This document shows positions 37,336-50,035 of a DNA stretch of 64,000 nt, piece after piece; within the stretch, counting starts at the first letter, position 1, and each line of letters opens with the position of its first letter. The position numbers were made by a program, and so were the translations under genes. The notes beneath the pieces were generated by a model, which worked only from the letters and a program-made list of their open reading frames with translations, had not been told where the DNA came from and ran no database searches. Source of the DNA: Raja brachyura (taxonomy: Eukaryota); contig OY740783.1 in assembly GCA_963514005.1 (NCBI GenBank), forward strand, positions 56,172,001 to 56,236,000, in the 5' to 3' direction.

Positions 37336-39019
37336 AAATATCTTAGATCTTTACCAGAAAGGCTATAATAGTGCCTTTGAAGACATTTATTTTTTCTTCT
37401 TAGAAAGCTTATTGCATGGATAGAAGCCAACTGGGCCATTAAATCTGTATTGGCTCTGTGCAACTACAATCCAACTAGCCTCCCTTAGTGCCCCGCTCCC
37501 ATAAACCTGATAATTCTTAGTTTTAAGTACTTGCCCAGTTCCCTTTTGAAAGCCATCATTGAATCTGACTCTTCTCATAGTGAAGTCCACATTCCTACCG
37601 CTTTCTGTTTTTGTTTTAAAAAATAATGACATTCTTGCACTTTTTTATTCTTTTCCCAAGCACTTTCATTCTTTATTCTCTGATGCTCCACCCATCCGAG
37701 AAGGAGTAGGTGGTGGGGTGTGTTCATTGCTGGACCTCTCTTTGCAGTGCCTACACAGCAAAGGTTTATTCCTTGAGATATGTGTTTAGGCAGTATCTAA
37801 TTGAATGCATTTCAGAAATCTAATTGCACTGTCTACCAGCTTTCACCTTGGCTTTTCTGACAACATGTGTCGGGCTAAACCTATCTATGGTTTCCTCTGT
37901 TTTTTCCTGAATAGTAGGTCGACCTTTTTCATTTTCAACCTATTGGAGCTATCCACATTAACATGCATCCTCTTTGCCATCCATCGATTGTAAACCACCA
38001 GGCACAAGGATTTTGTCAACTTTGTCTCTTAAATTTCTTCAAATCCCCATTCTCCCTAGATGCCGTTACCCACTTATTTCCCAAGCGACTTTCATTTACA
38101 GATTCAAAATTCGTACCTTTCCGACCTTTCCTTGTACCTCATAATAATTGTTGCCATTCTCCGCCTCCAATACCCATCTATGGTTCGCATATCTTTTTAA
38201 ACCATTTTATTGAATCACATTTTTTCTTTTTGCGTCTTTATTTTGTTTTCTTTCAATATTTAATCATCCATTTTTGAAAACTGAAATCCTCTCAATCCTC
38301 ACATTTGTTACCTTTTCCAGCAATGTTATACAATAGGTTCATCTTTATTTGTCCTTTGACTTCCAAGTGTCGTTAATGTTCATTAATTTGTGGTTCCTTT
38401 TTTATTTCCTTGCACACTTGCTTTTACTTATGTCCACCATTTCTAATGACCATCACATTTCTCAAATGACCTTAGTCAAACTATGTCCGCATGAGAGACT
38501 ATGTTCAAATTTAAATCCCCAAATGAATAATTCCACTTGTTCATTCATTCCAGGTTTTTTTTTAATGTACCAGCTTCAATTTAGGTTTAAATTTACCTTC
38601 CTCCAAAAAAAGATGTTAGTAACTAAGTAAAAGTTAATGTAAATGTAGATGGCAGTGAAATATCCAATTTCTGAGAATGCAATTTCATTAGATGGTCATT
38701 AATTATGGAGAAAATAAATTACTTGCTTTATTAAGCTGAAATTGCTTCTCCAAATGTCTAGTTTCAATTATCCCATGGAATTCCATTTTGAAGATTGAGC
38801 CGATGTGATATGTTTATCCTGGTTCTCAACAAATATGAAGTCAGTAATGTATGAAATTTTAATAAAGCCATTATCCAATTTGGACTTTGTACAGTTGATC
38901 CAATGGAGTGCTGGATTACATATTGGCAATATACATCTGTATACATGGCCCTAAGCCATCTTAATGCACCGATATAATGCTGTTTGAAATTCTCCAGTTC
39001 TTAGCCTCGAGGAAACTGA

Positions 39020-39605
39020 ATCAGATTAGTTTATTATATACACCTGGGTGCGACGAAACTCCTTGTTCACATAAAGCTCACAGAGCAAGCAGTATACATA
39101 CAGTAATGTTAAATAAAACAATAAATAAAGAACATGTTCCAAACAACAGAATGGGGCAAGAACCAGTGCCGTAAGAAGTAGTGCAGAAAATATTAAAACA
39201 CAATAACAGAATAAACAGTTCAGGTAGAGTTAAAAGTAAGTATAAGTGGCAGCATCTCGTAAGATGATGTGAAAGAGGTTATTGTTTCAGAAGTACGATA
39301 GCCAAGGGGGAGAAGCTGTATTTAAGTCCGGTCATTTGAGCCCCTGTATCTTCTCCGAGATGATATAAGAGAGACAAAGGAATGGCGAAGGTGGCAGGAT
39401 TCCTTGAGGATGCTTCTAACCATCCTGGTCCAATGCATGGTACTGATGGATTCGAAGGAAATACATGAGCCCGTGATGGATGAGGTTGGGTTCACCAACT
39501 ACAAGTTCCGATAGCCATGAACAGAGGATTTGTCATACACATCCTCTGAGACTGAGATGCATCCCATCAAAATACTTTCTATAGCATATCTGTAGAAGTT
39601 TGGTC
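39020..39605 (-). mobile_element. Old Rex/Babar-like LINE 3' fragment
   Basis: gggagaagctg...cctgtatcttctcc...atctgtagaagtttg motifs shared with 13980-14588. Confidence 0.55.
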
Positions 39606-39660
39606 ACAGGAGCAGAATTAGTCCATTCTGCCCATTTTCTACTTTGCAATCCTCGGAAGC

Positions 39661-39961
39661 TGGCATGGTGGCGCAGCGGTAGCAATGCTGACTTACAGCG
39701 CCAGAGACCCATGTTCGATCATGACTACGGGTGCTGTCTGTACGAAGCTTCTACATTCTTCCTGTGACCTGCATGGGTTTTCCTTGTGTGCTCCGTGTTT
39801 CCTCCCACATCCCAAAGACGTACAGGTTTGCTGGCTAATTGCTCTAGTAAAATCGTAAATTGTTCTAGTGTGTGTAGGATAGTGTTAATGTGCGGGAATC
39901 GATGGCCATCGTGGACTCTGTGGGCCAATTTCTGTGCTGTATCTCTAAACTGCACTAAACT
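39661..39961 (+). mobile_element. V-SINE (HE1-like), near full length
   Basis: ggtggcgcagcggtag...gttcgatc head, tttcctcccacatcccaaagacgtacagg core, ctgtatctctaaac tail. Confidence 0.88.
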
Positions 39962-40345
39962 CACGGACATGTCAAATCTGCTCAGATGCGTAAGAAAATA
40001 ATTCTGCTGATGCACTTTCTTGATCATTGTGAAGGGATTATGTTAGGTTGTTGACAATTCTGATACTTAGCAAAACAAAATTGTTGACCATCTCTACACA
40101 TGGAGTTGTCTTCACCCCCTCGCTTCCTTGGGTCAACAGCCAACTCTTTTGTCATATTAAGGGCTAGGTTGTTGTCCTGACATGACACAAAGTTCTCTAT
40201 CTCTTTCCTGCACAGAATCTCGTTGTTGTAGATCCGCCTGACATCAGCGGTTTCATCAGCAAATTTGTAGATTGAGCTAGCGTTGTCCTTGGCCATGCAA
40301 TCATGGGTAGAGCAAGAGACTGAATGCATAACCCTGAGGGGCTCC
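39962..40345 (-). mobile_element. Rex/Babar-like RT fragment
   Basis: ORF 40024-40329 THDCMAKDNASSIYKFADETADV...CQDNNLALNMTKEL. Confidence 0.72.
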
Positions 40346-40384
40346 AGTTTTGTTCAGTTTTCACTTGAAGATACTGCACGGAAT

Positions 40385-40668
40385 CAGGTCCACTGAGTCC
40401 ACACCGACCATCGATTACACCATTAATACTAGTTCTATGTTATTCACTTTTATATCCACTCCCTACTCATTTAAGGGCAATTTGCAAAGGCCAATTAACC
40501 TATAATCCCACACGTCTTTGGGATGTGGGAGGAAACTAGAGTACTGGAGGAAACCCACATGATCACAGGGGGAACGCGTGCAAACTCCACACAAATAGCA
40601 CCCGAGGTCAGGAATGAACCTGGCTCTCTGGTGCTGAGGCAGCAGGTCTACCAGTTGTATCATTGTGC
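40385..40668 (-). mobile_element. V-SINE
   Basis: Reverse complement of the SINE core (gtctttgggatgtgggaggaaac...gcaaactccacaca). Confidence 0.82.
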
Positions 40669-41141
40669 CTCAACAAGTGTTGAGGGTCAAGATGGAGGAA
40701 GTGTTATGACCATTTCTAACTTAGTGAGGTCTGCTGGTCAGGATGTCTGAATGCAGATGGAGACCCCCAGTCAAAGGACCAGGGGTTTAGATATGAAGTT
40801 AATCAGTATGATGCTTTTGAATGTATTGTAAGAGCGATGGCATCCTCTGTGCATTTATGTTTCCTGTATACAAATTACAATGAGTCTTGGTGGCCTGGGA
40901 GACTGGTACATTTGTGGGCCATTACTAATCTTTCAAAGCACTCCATTATGGTCAATTGTGTTAGCTACTGGGCAGCAGCCATTGAGAAAGGGCACTTGAA
41001 CTAAAACGATGAATGTTTCCTTGGAGGTGATATTATTGAAGCTTACTCGGTTCTGAGGGGGATTGATTGTCTATATTTTATGACATTTTTCAAAAAAAGT
41101 TTGAGATCTTAGTCTGCTTGGTTTGTTTGCGAAAACTGCAG

Positions 41142-41335
41142 AACTTGCGTTCCTCAATGTCCAAGAGGATTCTTTGGTGATGAGAAGAAACGCTGTAAAA
41201 AATGCTGGTCCATCTGTGAGACATGCATAGGGAGCCGCAGTGACCAGTGCACTTCCTGCAAAAATGGCTACCACTTGAATGAAGAGACAAATTCCTGTAT
41301 ACCAAACTGCTTAGACCGCTTCTACCTAGACAAAG
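41142..41335 (+). CDS. PCSK5: PCSK5 exon, Cys-rich domain
   Basis: ctgcag|A ... AAAG|gtaaga; TCVPQCPRGFFGDEKKRCKKCWSICETCIGSRSDQCTSCKNGYHLNEETNSCIPNCLDRFYLDK. Confidence 0.95.
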
Positions 41336-41724
41336 GTAAGATTCGACATGAATAAAATAAAATAATTCCATTAGGTTTTGACGATTATTACAGAATTCTT
41401 AGGTAGTAAATATGTACTGGAATTGTAATCCAGAGACGAGGACTAACTAATTTTGCCTCCCAATCTACTTGTGCTGCCACCTTGTAAGCTATGAACTTGG
41501 ACTCCAAGATCCCTTTTCACATCAATGCTGTTAAACGTCTTGCCATTAACTTGCACTCAACCTCCCAAAGTGCACAACCACTCAGGTTAAACTCCATCTC
41601 TCCGCCCATTTCTGCAGCTGATCTATATCCCACTGTATCTTTTGACTGACTTCCTTACTGTCAGCATTTCCTTCAATGTTGGTGTTGTTAGCGAACCTAC
41701 TCAACAACCCATCACATTTATATC

Positions 41725-41882
41725 CAGTAGGAAAGAACTGCAGGTGCTGGTTTAAATCGAACGTTGACCCAAAATACTGGAGTAACTCAGCGGGACAGGC
41801 AGCATCTCCAGAGAGAAGGAATGGGTGTTGTTTCGGGGTCGAGACCCTTCTTCAGAGTTACTCCAGCATTTTCTGTCTACCT
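41725..41882. repeat. Penelope terminal-repeat fold-back fragment
   Basis: ctggagtaactcagcgggacaggcagcatctc...gtttcggggtcgagacccttcttcag, then gagttactccagcattttctgtct. Confidence 0.75.
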
Positions 41883-42745
41883 TACATTTTTATCCATGTC
41901 ATTTATGTATGCAGAGGTCCCACCATAATCACACAATTTTGCACAATACTTGGTATGTTAATATAATTGACAAAATTGGTTGAGAGTAGTAGTCAAATAT
42001 TTGAAAAGGAAAACAAAAAACTGCAGATCTTGGGTCATAAGTGATAGGAGAAAATTAGGCCATTCAGCCCATCAAGTCTTCTCGACTATGTAGTCATGGC
42101 TGATCTATCTCCCCTAACTACATTCTCCTGCCTTCTCCCCACAACCCCGGACACCCGTACTCATCAAAAATCTATCTATCTCTGCCTCAAAAATACCCAG
42201 TGACTTAGCCTCCAAAGCCATCTGTGAAAAAGAATTCTACCAATTCACCACCCTCTGACTAAATAAATTCCTCCTCATTTTCCTAAAGGAATGTCTTTTA
42301 ATTCTGAGGTTATGACCTCTAGTCCTTGATTCTCCTACTAGTGGAAACATCCTCTTCACACCCACTCTATTCCAGCCTTTCATTATTCGATACGTTTCAA
42401 TAAGGTTTCCCCTCATCCTTCTAAACTCCAGTGAGTACAGGCTCTGTGCCGTCAAAAGCTCATCATATGTTAACCAACTAATTCCTGGGATCATTCTTGT
42501 AAGCCTCCTCTGGACCCCCTACAGAGCCAGCACATCCTTCCTCAGATATATTGCCCAAAATTGCTAATTATACCCCAAATGCGGCTTGACCAGTGCCTTA
42601 TAGAGCCTCAACATTCCTTCCATGTTTTTGTATTCTAGCGCTCTTAAAATAAATGCTAGCATTGCATTTGCCTTTGCACCTCCGATTTCTGGATTATTTC
42701 CCCAATCAGAAAATAGTCTGCGCCTTAATTCCTTCTACCAAAATG

Positions 42746-43780
42746 TAGCAATGTTACAAAAATTTGAGATTTTAAAAATCAAGTCTGCAATTTATCCCAT
42801 CAGATAAAGCATAAAAAGAAGTTTAATTTGACACCTAATTCACTTTCATATCTTCAGTATTAAGAAAGTTATGGCCATTTTCATACTTGGAAATTAACAT
42901 CTTGTTCCCCATTACCTTTCAATTGACTTAACTCATAAGCTGTGATCTGGATCAGTTAAAAGCCCATAACCTTCTTAAAAATTAATAGAACTCAATGAAA
43001 TTTTCACTTATTATAGATTGAAGCATTCTGAAATAAATATGAAACAATCTTACTTGGATGACCTGAAATTAAAGCATATAATTAGTTAGTTATCTAATTG
43101 TAGCTAATTACAAAATTCAATGAGTAGATCTAAACATCTATCCATTTCTTAAGAAAAGATAAACTTTTTTTAAATTGCCTAAGTGTCCAAATAACATTCA
43201 CACAATAATCCACAATATAACATAATTTTTAAATCTCATTTTCATGAATTTCTGGGCCAAATGGAAGGAATTTAGTGTTTAATGCCTGTAAATTAATGGC
43301 CATTTAAATCAACTAGCGAGTGGGTTTTAGTGGAATGCGGTGGATTGGAACGTTGCGGTTAGCGGTGAAGTCGGGAGGAAAAATACTGTTTGTTCATACA
43401 TTTTTTGGAACCCCATTTCGCAACATGAAAATATTATTAAAGCCTCCCGAAAAACCAACTTTTAATATAAAAATAAGCCATTTACCTTTTTTTCTCCCCT
43501 ACGCAAAATGCTTCCGGTTGTCGGTTCTCACGGCTTTTGAAGGTGATTTTTAAATTACTCTAGTTAACAAATAATTTAGAGTAATTTAAAAATACCTTCA
43601 TTCATGAAATGTCGGAGCGTTTTTTCTTCCGCAACGAAATCGCCCGACATTCATCGATTTCCCATGTCTGCTGAAGAACGGCACTTTAAGCCCGCCCCCC
43701 CTCTGAAAGGCGTCAAAGTCGCGCACACGGGGAGCGGCAGAACTGCAGTGCTGCTCAAGGTAAGTTTTGTAACATACCTA
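42746..43780. mobile_element. Non-autonomous DNA transposon (1035 bp), hAT-like, 7-bp TSD
   Basis: TIRs tagcaatgttacaaaa / ttttgtaacataccta (14/16 match); caaaatg duplicated at 42739-42745 and 43781-43787; removing the element restores the CR1 sequence. Confidence 0.85.
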
Positions 43781-44447
43781 CAAAATGCATGACTTCACAC
43801 GTTGCTACACTATATTCCATCAGTCACTCTCACAACCTGTCCAAGTCCTCCTGCAGAGTCACTGCTTTCTCAAAACTACCTGCCCCTCCATCTGTTTTTG
43901 TATAATCCGCAAATTCGGCCACAAAGTTTTCAATCCCCTCGTCTAAATTGTTAATATACAACGTGAAGTGTTGAGGCCCCAGCACCGACCCCAGCAGAAT
44001 CCTGCGAATGTTTGGCAGCCAACCAGATAAAGCCCCCTTTATTGCCACTCTTTGCCTTCTGCCATCCAGCCAACCTGCTAAACATGCTCGTATTTGATTC
44101 TAGTGATTCTTGAACTATTACTATTAATTCTTCCACAATCTCTAGAGCCATCTCTTTCAGAACACTAGAGTGCAGTCCATCTGATCCAGGTGGCTGATCC
44201 AGGTGGCTTATTCATCTTCAGCCCTTTCAGCTTCCCAAGCACCTTTTCCTTAGTAAAACCCACTCTACTAACTTCCATCCCCTGACCCTCTTGAATTTCT
44301 GTCACGTTGCTGGTGTCTTCCACTGTAAAGACTGATGCAAAAAGGTTATTCAACTCCTCAGCCTTTTCTTTATTCCCCATTATCACTTCTCCTGCATCAT
44401 TGTCCAGCAGTCCAACATCCACTCTTGACTCTTTCTTAATCTTTATC

Positions 44448-44910
44448 AACTGATTCCTGGGATGGCAGGTCTTGCATATGATGATAGACTAGGCTTGTAC
44501 TCGCTGGAATTTAGAATATTGAGGGGGGATCTTATAGAGACTTACAAAATTCTTAAGGGGTTGGACAGGCTAGATGGAGGAAGATTGCTCCCGATGTTGG
44601 GGAAGTCCAGAACAAGGGATCACAGTTTAAAGATAAGAGGGAAATATTTTAGGACCGAGATGAGAAAATCATTTTTCACACAGAGTGGTGAATCTGTGGA
44701 ATTCTCTGCCACAGAATATAGTTGAGGCCAGATCATTGGTTATATTTAAGAGGGAGTTAGATGTGGCCCTTGTGGCTAAAGGGATCAGGGGGTATGGAGA
44801 GAAGACAGGTACAGGATACTGAGTTGTATGATCAGCCATGATCATATTGAATGGCGGTGCAGGCTCAAAGGGCTGAATGGCCTACTCCGGCACCTATTTT
44901 CTATGTTTAT
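44448..44910 (+). mobile_element. CR1 LINE 3' fragment (catagaaa-tail family) nested in an older CR1
   Basis: ORF 44462 LGLYSLEFRILRGDLIETYKILKGLD; tail cctattttctatgttt. Confidence 0.9.
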
Positions 44911-45308
44911 ATAACTGAAGAAACTTTTGCTATCCTCTTTTATATTATTCGCCAGCTTACCTTTGTATGTCATCTTTTCTCCCTGTATTGCACTTTTAGC
45001 TATCTTCTGTTGTTCTTTGAAAGCTTCCCAATCTGACTTCCCACTAATCTTTGCAACTAATCTTTTAGTTTTATACTTTCCTTGACTTCCTTGAAATAGA
45101 AACAGAAAATAGTGCAGATATTCAACGGGTCAGACAGCATTCGTGAAGAACCAATGTTTTGGGTCAATGTTCTCTCATTAGAACCAGGAAAAGTTAAATA
45201 AATAGACATATTCAGATCCAGCATCAGGAAAAATCTTTGTCTAGTCATAATTTTCAAGTTTGTCGTCTGAATTTTGCTACATTATATGTACACTTGTATT
45301 TTTCTTAG

Positions 45309-45393
45309 GTGACAATGTGTGCAGAAGATGTACTGAAGGCTGCAGGAAATGTAGTGCATTCCACCACTGTACAGAATGCATGTCAGGTTGGAG
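45309..45393 (+). CDS. PCSK5: PCSK5 exon, Cys-rich domain
   Basis: tcttag|GT ... AG|gtaaga; GDNVCRRCTEGCRKCSAFHHCTECMSGW(R). Confidence 0.94.
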
Positions 45394-45543
45394 GTAAGAA
45401 CATTGCACATGAAGGGAATAGGGTGGAGGGAGCTGAGCAACATCATGCCTCGGAGGTCATAGAAAACTTGCAGAAGAAGGCCATTCAGCCCAATGTGTCT
45501 GTGCCAGTGAGGAAACGGAGCTCCCCAGCTAAATTCCACCATT

Positions 45544-46085
45544 CATAGAAACATAGAAAATAGGTGCAGGAGTAGGCCATTCGGCCCTTCGAGCCTGCAC
45601 CGCCATTCAATGTGATCATGGCTGATCATCCAACTCAGTATCCCGTACCTGCCTTCTCTCCATACCCCCTGATCCCTTTAGCCACAAGTGCCACATCTAA
45701 CGCCCTCTTAAATATAGCCAATGAACTGGCCTCAACTACCTTCTGTGGCAGAGAATTCCAGAGACTCACCACTCTCTGTGTAAAGAATGTTTTCCTCATT
45801 TCGGTCCTAAAGGAATTCCCCCTTATCCTTAGACTGTGACCCCTTGTTCTGGACTCCCCCAACATCGGGAACAATCTTCCAGCATCTAGCTTGTCCAACC
45901 CCTTAAGAATTTTGTAGGTTTCTATAAGATCCCCCCTCAATCTTCTAAATTCCATCGAGTACAAACTGAGTCTCTCCAATCTTTCCTCATATGAAAGTCC
46001 TGACATCCCAGGAATCAGTCTGGTGAATCTTCTCTGTACCCCCTCTATGGCAAGGATGTCTTTCCTCAGATGTCTTTCCTCAGAT
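45544..46085 (-). mobile_element. Young CR1 LINE 3' fragment
   Basis: ORF 45635-46006 is an intact ORF2 C-terminus. Confidence 0.93.
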
Positions 46086-46344
46086 TCATAAGGTCATAAG
46101 TGATAGGACCAGAATTAGGCCATTCGGCCCATCAAGTCTACTGCGCCATTCAAATATGGCAGAACTATCTCTTCCTCCTTAGCCCATTTTCCCACCTTCT
46201 CCCCATAACCCTTGGCACCCCTCGATGTATAGTCAGCCCTGTGTGTTAGTCTTTCAAGTACATGTCCAAGTAATTTTAAAGTATTCTTGAGTAAGTATGG
46301 AAATCTTTAAATTGATGTAATCTGTAGTCCTGTTATAACAATTA

Positions 46345-46578
46345 AACAATAGACAATAGGTGCAGGAGTAGGCCATTTGGCCCTTCGAGCCAGCACCGCC
46401 ATTCAATGTGATAGTGGCTGATCATCTCCAATCAGTACCCCGTTCCTGCCTTCTCCCCATATCCCCTGACTCCGCTATTTTTAGGAGCCCTATCTAGCTC
46501 TCTTGAAAGCATCTAGAGAACCTGCCTCCACTGCCCTCTGAGGCAGAGAATTTCACAGACTCGCCCCTCTCTGTGAGA
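46345..46578 (-). mobile_element. CR1 3' tail (caatagac-tail family)
   Basis: Near-identical to 57405-57640. Confidence 0.88.
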
Positions 46579-46699
46579 TGGTGACCTTTAGTCCAAGTTT
46601 ATTTTCCAGAGGTTTAACTTAACATGTTGATAGTCAACCAGTCTGAGCATGTAAGAACATTTGCCTTGTAGTCCATTTTGGTATGCATCACCACATTTA

Positions 46700-46927
46700 T
46701 TTCTTGCTGGTGGAGGATTACAATGGGTCAGGCAGCATCTGTGGAGGAATTTTTCGGGACTCTTTATCCAGTCATTTTCCAGCATCAAGAAGGAAAATAA
46801 ATTGGATGAAGTGTCTTGAAACATTCTGTCTATCTTCCTCCACTGATGCTTACTGACCCATTGAATTCCTCCAGCATCTCTCTGTTTTTTGCTACAATTC
46901 CCCGCATCTGCTGTCTCTTGTGTCTAC
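46700..46927. repeat. Older Penelope-derived fold-back mini-element
   Basis: aatgggtcaggcagcatctgtggagga / tcctccactgatgcttactgacccatt inverted arms. Confidence 0.65.
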
Positions 46928-47588
46928 ATTTATTTTTGTTAGTTCATAAATATGGAATGTATGCTTGGTTCTGATCAAATGTATACAATTAATTATGATT
47001 TAAAGATAGTTTGCATTTTAGTGCAATTAGGGTGATAAACAGTGGGTGGTAAACTTGCAATTCACCATGAGATGCACAAAAGATTAGATTTAATGCACAG
47101 ACTGCTAAGTAATAATCTGAAGGAAAGTGACAATAAAGCGTCCTTTTTTTATGTCCTAATGGAATCTAAAATCGTAAATTCCCACATGAGGATATTGAAT
47201 ATGGGATCCAGATTGGTGAGGATGATCTTCTCTTTTGATTCCATACTCTCATTTAATTTGGATGTCTGTATTGTCACACATGGAATTGTTACATTTTTAG
47301 CATGCATACTCAGACATTCCATCAAAGATTCCTAAACCACTTCTTGCCACACATACATGATAATTTTTTTCCTGAAACTTCCTCCCTCCTGTTCTCCAAT
47401 AATAAACATTGAATAAAACAATTCAATCACACCCTCTCTAACTTTACCAATCTCAGCCCTGCTAGGTGGCGAGCACTGACTTTCCAGTTCGAAAACTTTG
47501 ACTGTTTTTCTTTCCCAGCCCTTAAATACTTTGTTGTGTTTCACTGTTGTCTCTGCGTTGAGTAACATGTCTTCCTTGTCTTAATTAG

Positions 47589-47692
47589 GTTGCAGGGAGC
47601 AAAGTGCGTCTTAAACTGTGAAACTGGAACTTACTTTGATTCCCAGAGCAGGGAATGTGAGCGGTGTCCCTTGTCTTGTACAGCTTGTGCAG
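47589..47692 (+). CDS. PCSK5: PCSK5 exon, Cys-rich domain
   Basis: aattag|G ... GCAG|gtaact; LQGAKCVLNCETGTYFDSQSRECERCPLSCTACA. Confidence 0.94.
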
Positions 47693-48089
47693 GTAACTTT
47701 GCTACATTCATCCAAACATGTTCTGCTTCATTTTGGAGGGGGCAAGGAGCATTGGGATGGTTGGTTTTTCCAGGTGTACATTTGTCCTGTCTCACTGATC
47801 CAAATGGACTAGTTGTTTGGTGTTTGTGTGCAGTCCTCCTGCCATTATAATGTTCTTCAGACAAATTAATATTTTGTATCGCAAGCTAAATATTGTGTTG
47901 AGCATAACTGTCTGAAGAAGAATCTCGACCCTCACCCATTCCTTCTCTCCAGAGATGCTGCCTGGCTTGCTGAGTTACTCCAGTATTTTGTGTCTATCTT
48001 TGATTCGGTGTTCGCCTGTCAAGCAGATCTCACCTTTCCTGAGTAAATGCTTACTTTGTCCTTTTGCTTCCCCTTTCCACCTCTGTACA

Positions 48090-48918
48090 GTCCAGTTGGG
48101 GGAGTGGGCAGATACATGGCAGATGAAGTTTAATGCAGATAAATGTGAGGTTATCCACTTTGGTAGCAAAAACAGGAAGGCAGATTACTATCTAAAATGC
48201 GTCAAGTTGGGAAAAGGGGAAGTACAGCGGGATCTGGGGGTCCTTTTACATCAGTCTATGAAAATAAGCATGCAGGTACGGGAGGCAGTGAAGACGGCGA
48301 ATGGCATGTTGGCCTTTATAACAAGAGGAATCAAATATAGGAGCAAAGAGGTCCTTCTGCAGTTGTAGAGAGCTCTAGTGAGACCACACCTAGAGTATTT
48401 TGTGCAGTTTTGGTCCCCTAATTTGAGGAAGGACATTCTTGCTATTGAGGGAGTACAGCGTAGATTTACAAGGTTAATTCCGGGATGGCGGGACTGTCAT
48501 ATGCTTAGAGAATGGTGCAGCTGGGCTTGTACACTCTGGAGTTTAGAAGGATAAGAGGGGATCTCATCGAAACATATAAGATTGTTAAGGGCTTGAACAC
48601 ACTAGAGGCAGGAAACATGTTCCCAATGTTGGGGGAGTCCAGAACCAGGGGCCACAGTTTAAGAAGAAGGAGTAAGCCATATAGAACAGAGACGAGGAAA
48701 CACTTTTTCTCACAGAGAGTGATATGGAATTCTCTGCCTCAGAGGGCGGTGGAGGTTCTCTGGATGCTTTCAAGAGCGAGCTAGATAGGGCTCTTAAAAA
48801 TAGTCGGGAGATATGAGGAGAAGGCAGGAACGGGGTACTGATTTGGGATGATCAGCCATGATCACATTGAATGGTTCGAAGGGCTAAATGGCCTACTCCT
48901 GCACCTATTGTCTATTGA
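48090..48918 (+). mobile_element. CR1 LINE, 5'-truncated
   Basis: WADTWQMKFNADKCEVIHFG...; RGDLIETYKIVKGL; tail cctattgtctattg. Confidence 0.92.
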
Positions 48919-49574
48919 TGTTTATTTCATTCTTGCCTCTTCATTTCCCACTGTTCTTCACAAATGTCACCATTACTAAACTGGTTTACATTGTGTATAG
49001 CCTGTGTACAGGTGCAAGGTCCTTCACAACAATATCCACCAAATTATCTGGTCAACGTTTTTGCATCTTATACTTACAGTAATTTTATATAAGTAAATAT
49101 TCCATGTTTCTGCCTGCAGATTGCTATATAGACAATCTGACTATAACTTGGGCTGTATCTGAACCAATTCCCTAACGGTTCCCATTCTTTCCTCTCCTTT
49201 GAACACTTTGTTCACAAATGTCTTTTGCACATGTCCAACCACAAGCTTCTGGTTACACTCGAGTTGGTTGCTGGTATTTTTATATCAGATCAGAAGGTTA
49301 TGTTCCAGTCTGATACGAGACTGAAACACACAAATCCAGGTTGACACGCCAGCATTGAAGTTGTTCTGCATAATTTAAATGTTTTCCACTGAAAGATTAA
49401 ATTCAGATTATTTGGGTTCTCTTGTGTTGAAGATCACAAGTGACAGGCTTAAGAAAGATTAGGGATAAGCCCTGCTGTCCTGCCCATTTGTTATCCCTCT
49501 GCTAATGTCACATTAAAAAATATATATATTATCGGGTGACTGTCATAATATTTTTTGAGTGATTGAAAGACACA

Positions 49575-49937
49575 GCATGATTGAAAGAAACAGGCCCTTT
49601 GGCCCATCGAGTCCATACCAGCCATCAATTACCTATTCATAAGAGTTCTATGTTATCCCACTTTGTATCCACTCTCTACACTCCAAGAGCAATTTACTGG
49701 CCAATTAACCAACAAACAATTTCATTCTTGGGACGTAAGAGGAATCCGGAGTACCTGTGGCTCAGTGGTGCAGCAGAGACAGCCGCTGCCTCAGTTCCAG
49801 AGACCTGAACAAACGTTCCTGACTCCGAGTGCTGTCTGTGTAGTTTGCATGTTCTCCCTGCAACTGTGTAGGTTTCCTCCAGGTGCTCCAGTTATCTGCC
49901 ATATCCCAGACATGTGGGTTTGTAGGTTAATTGGCCC
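49575..49937. mobile_element. Two abutting V-SINE fragments in opposite orientation (49575-49755 minus, 49757-49937 plus)
   Basis: ggccaattaacc on the left and ggttaattggcc on the right; SINE tail and head motifs. Confidence 0.7.
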
Positions 49938-50035
49938 TTAAATATCTCTAAAACTCAAACAATGCTCACAACCCATGAGGGAATTCTTGGGTTGTACTAT
50001 CTACATGTTGTTTCAAGAAATCCTCTTGAATACAT

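Larger units (their letters stand above)
42032..45092 (-). mobile_element. Deleted CR1 LINE hosting two nested insertions
   Basis: CR1 ORF2 translations at 42237-42494, 43830-44048 (GSVLGPQHF, FADYTK) and 44165-44449 (AEELNNLFASVFTVED); the element resumes after 44910. Confidence 0.85.
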
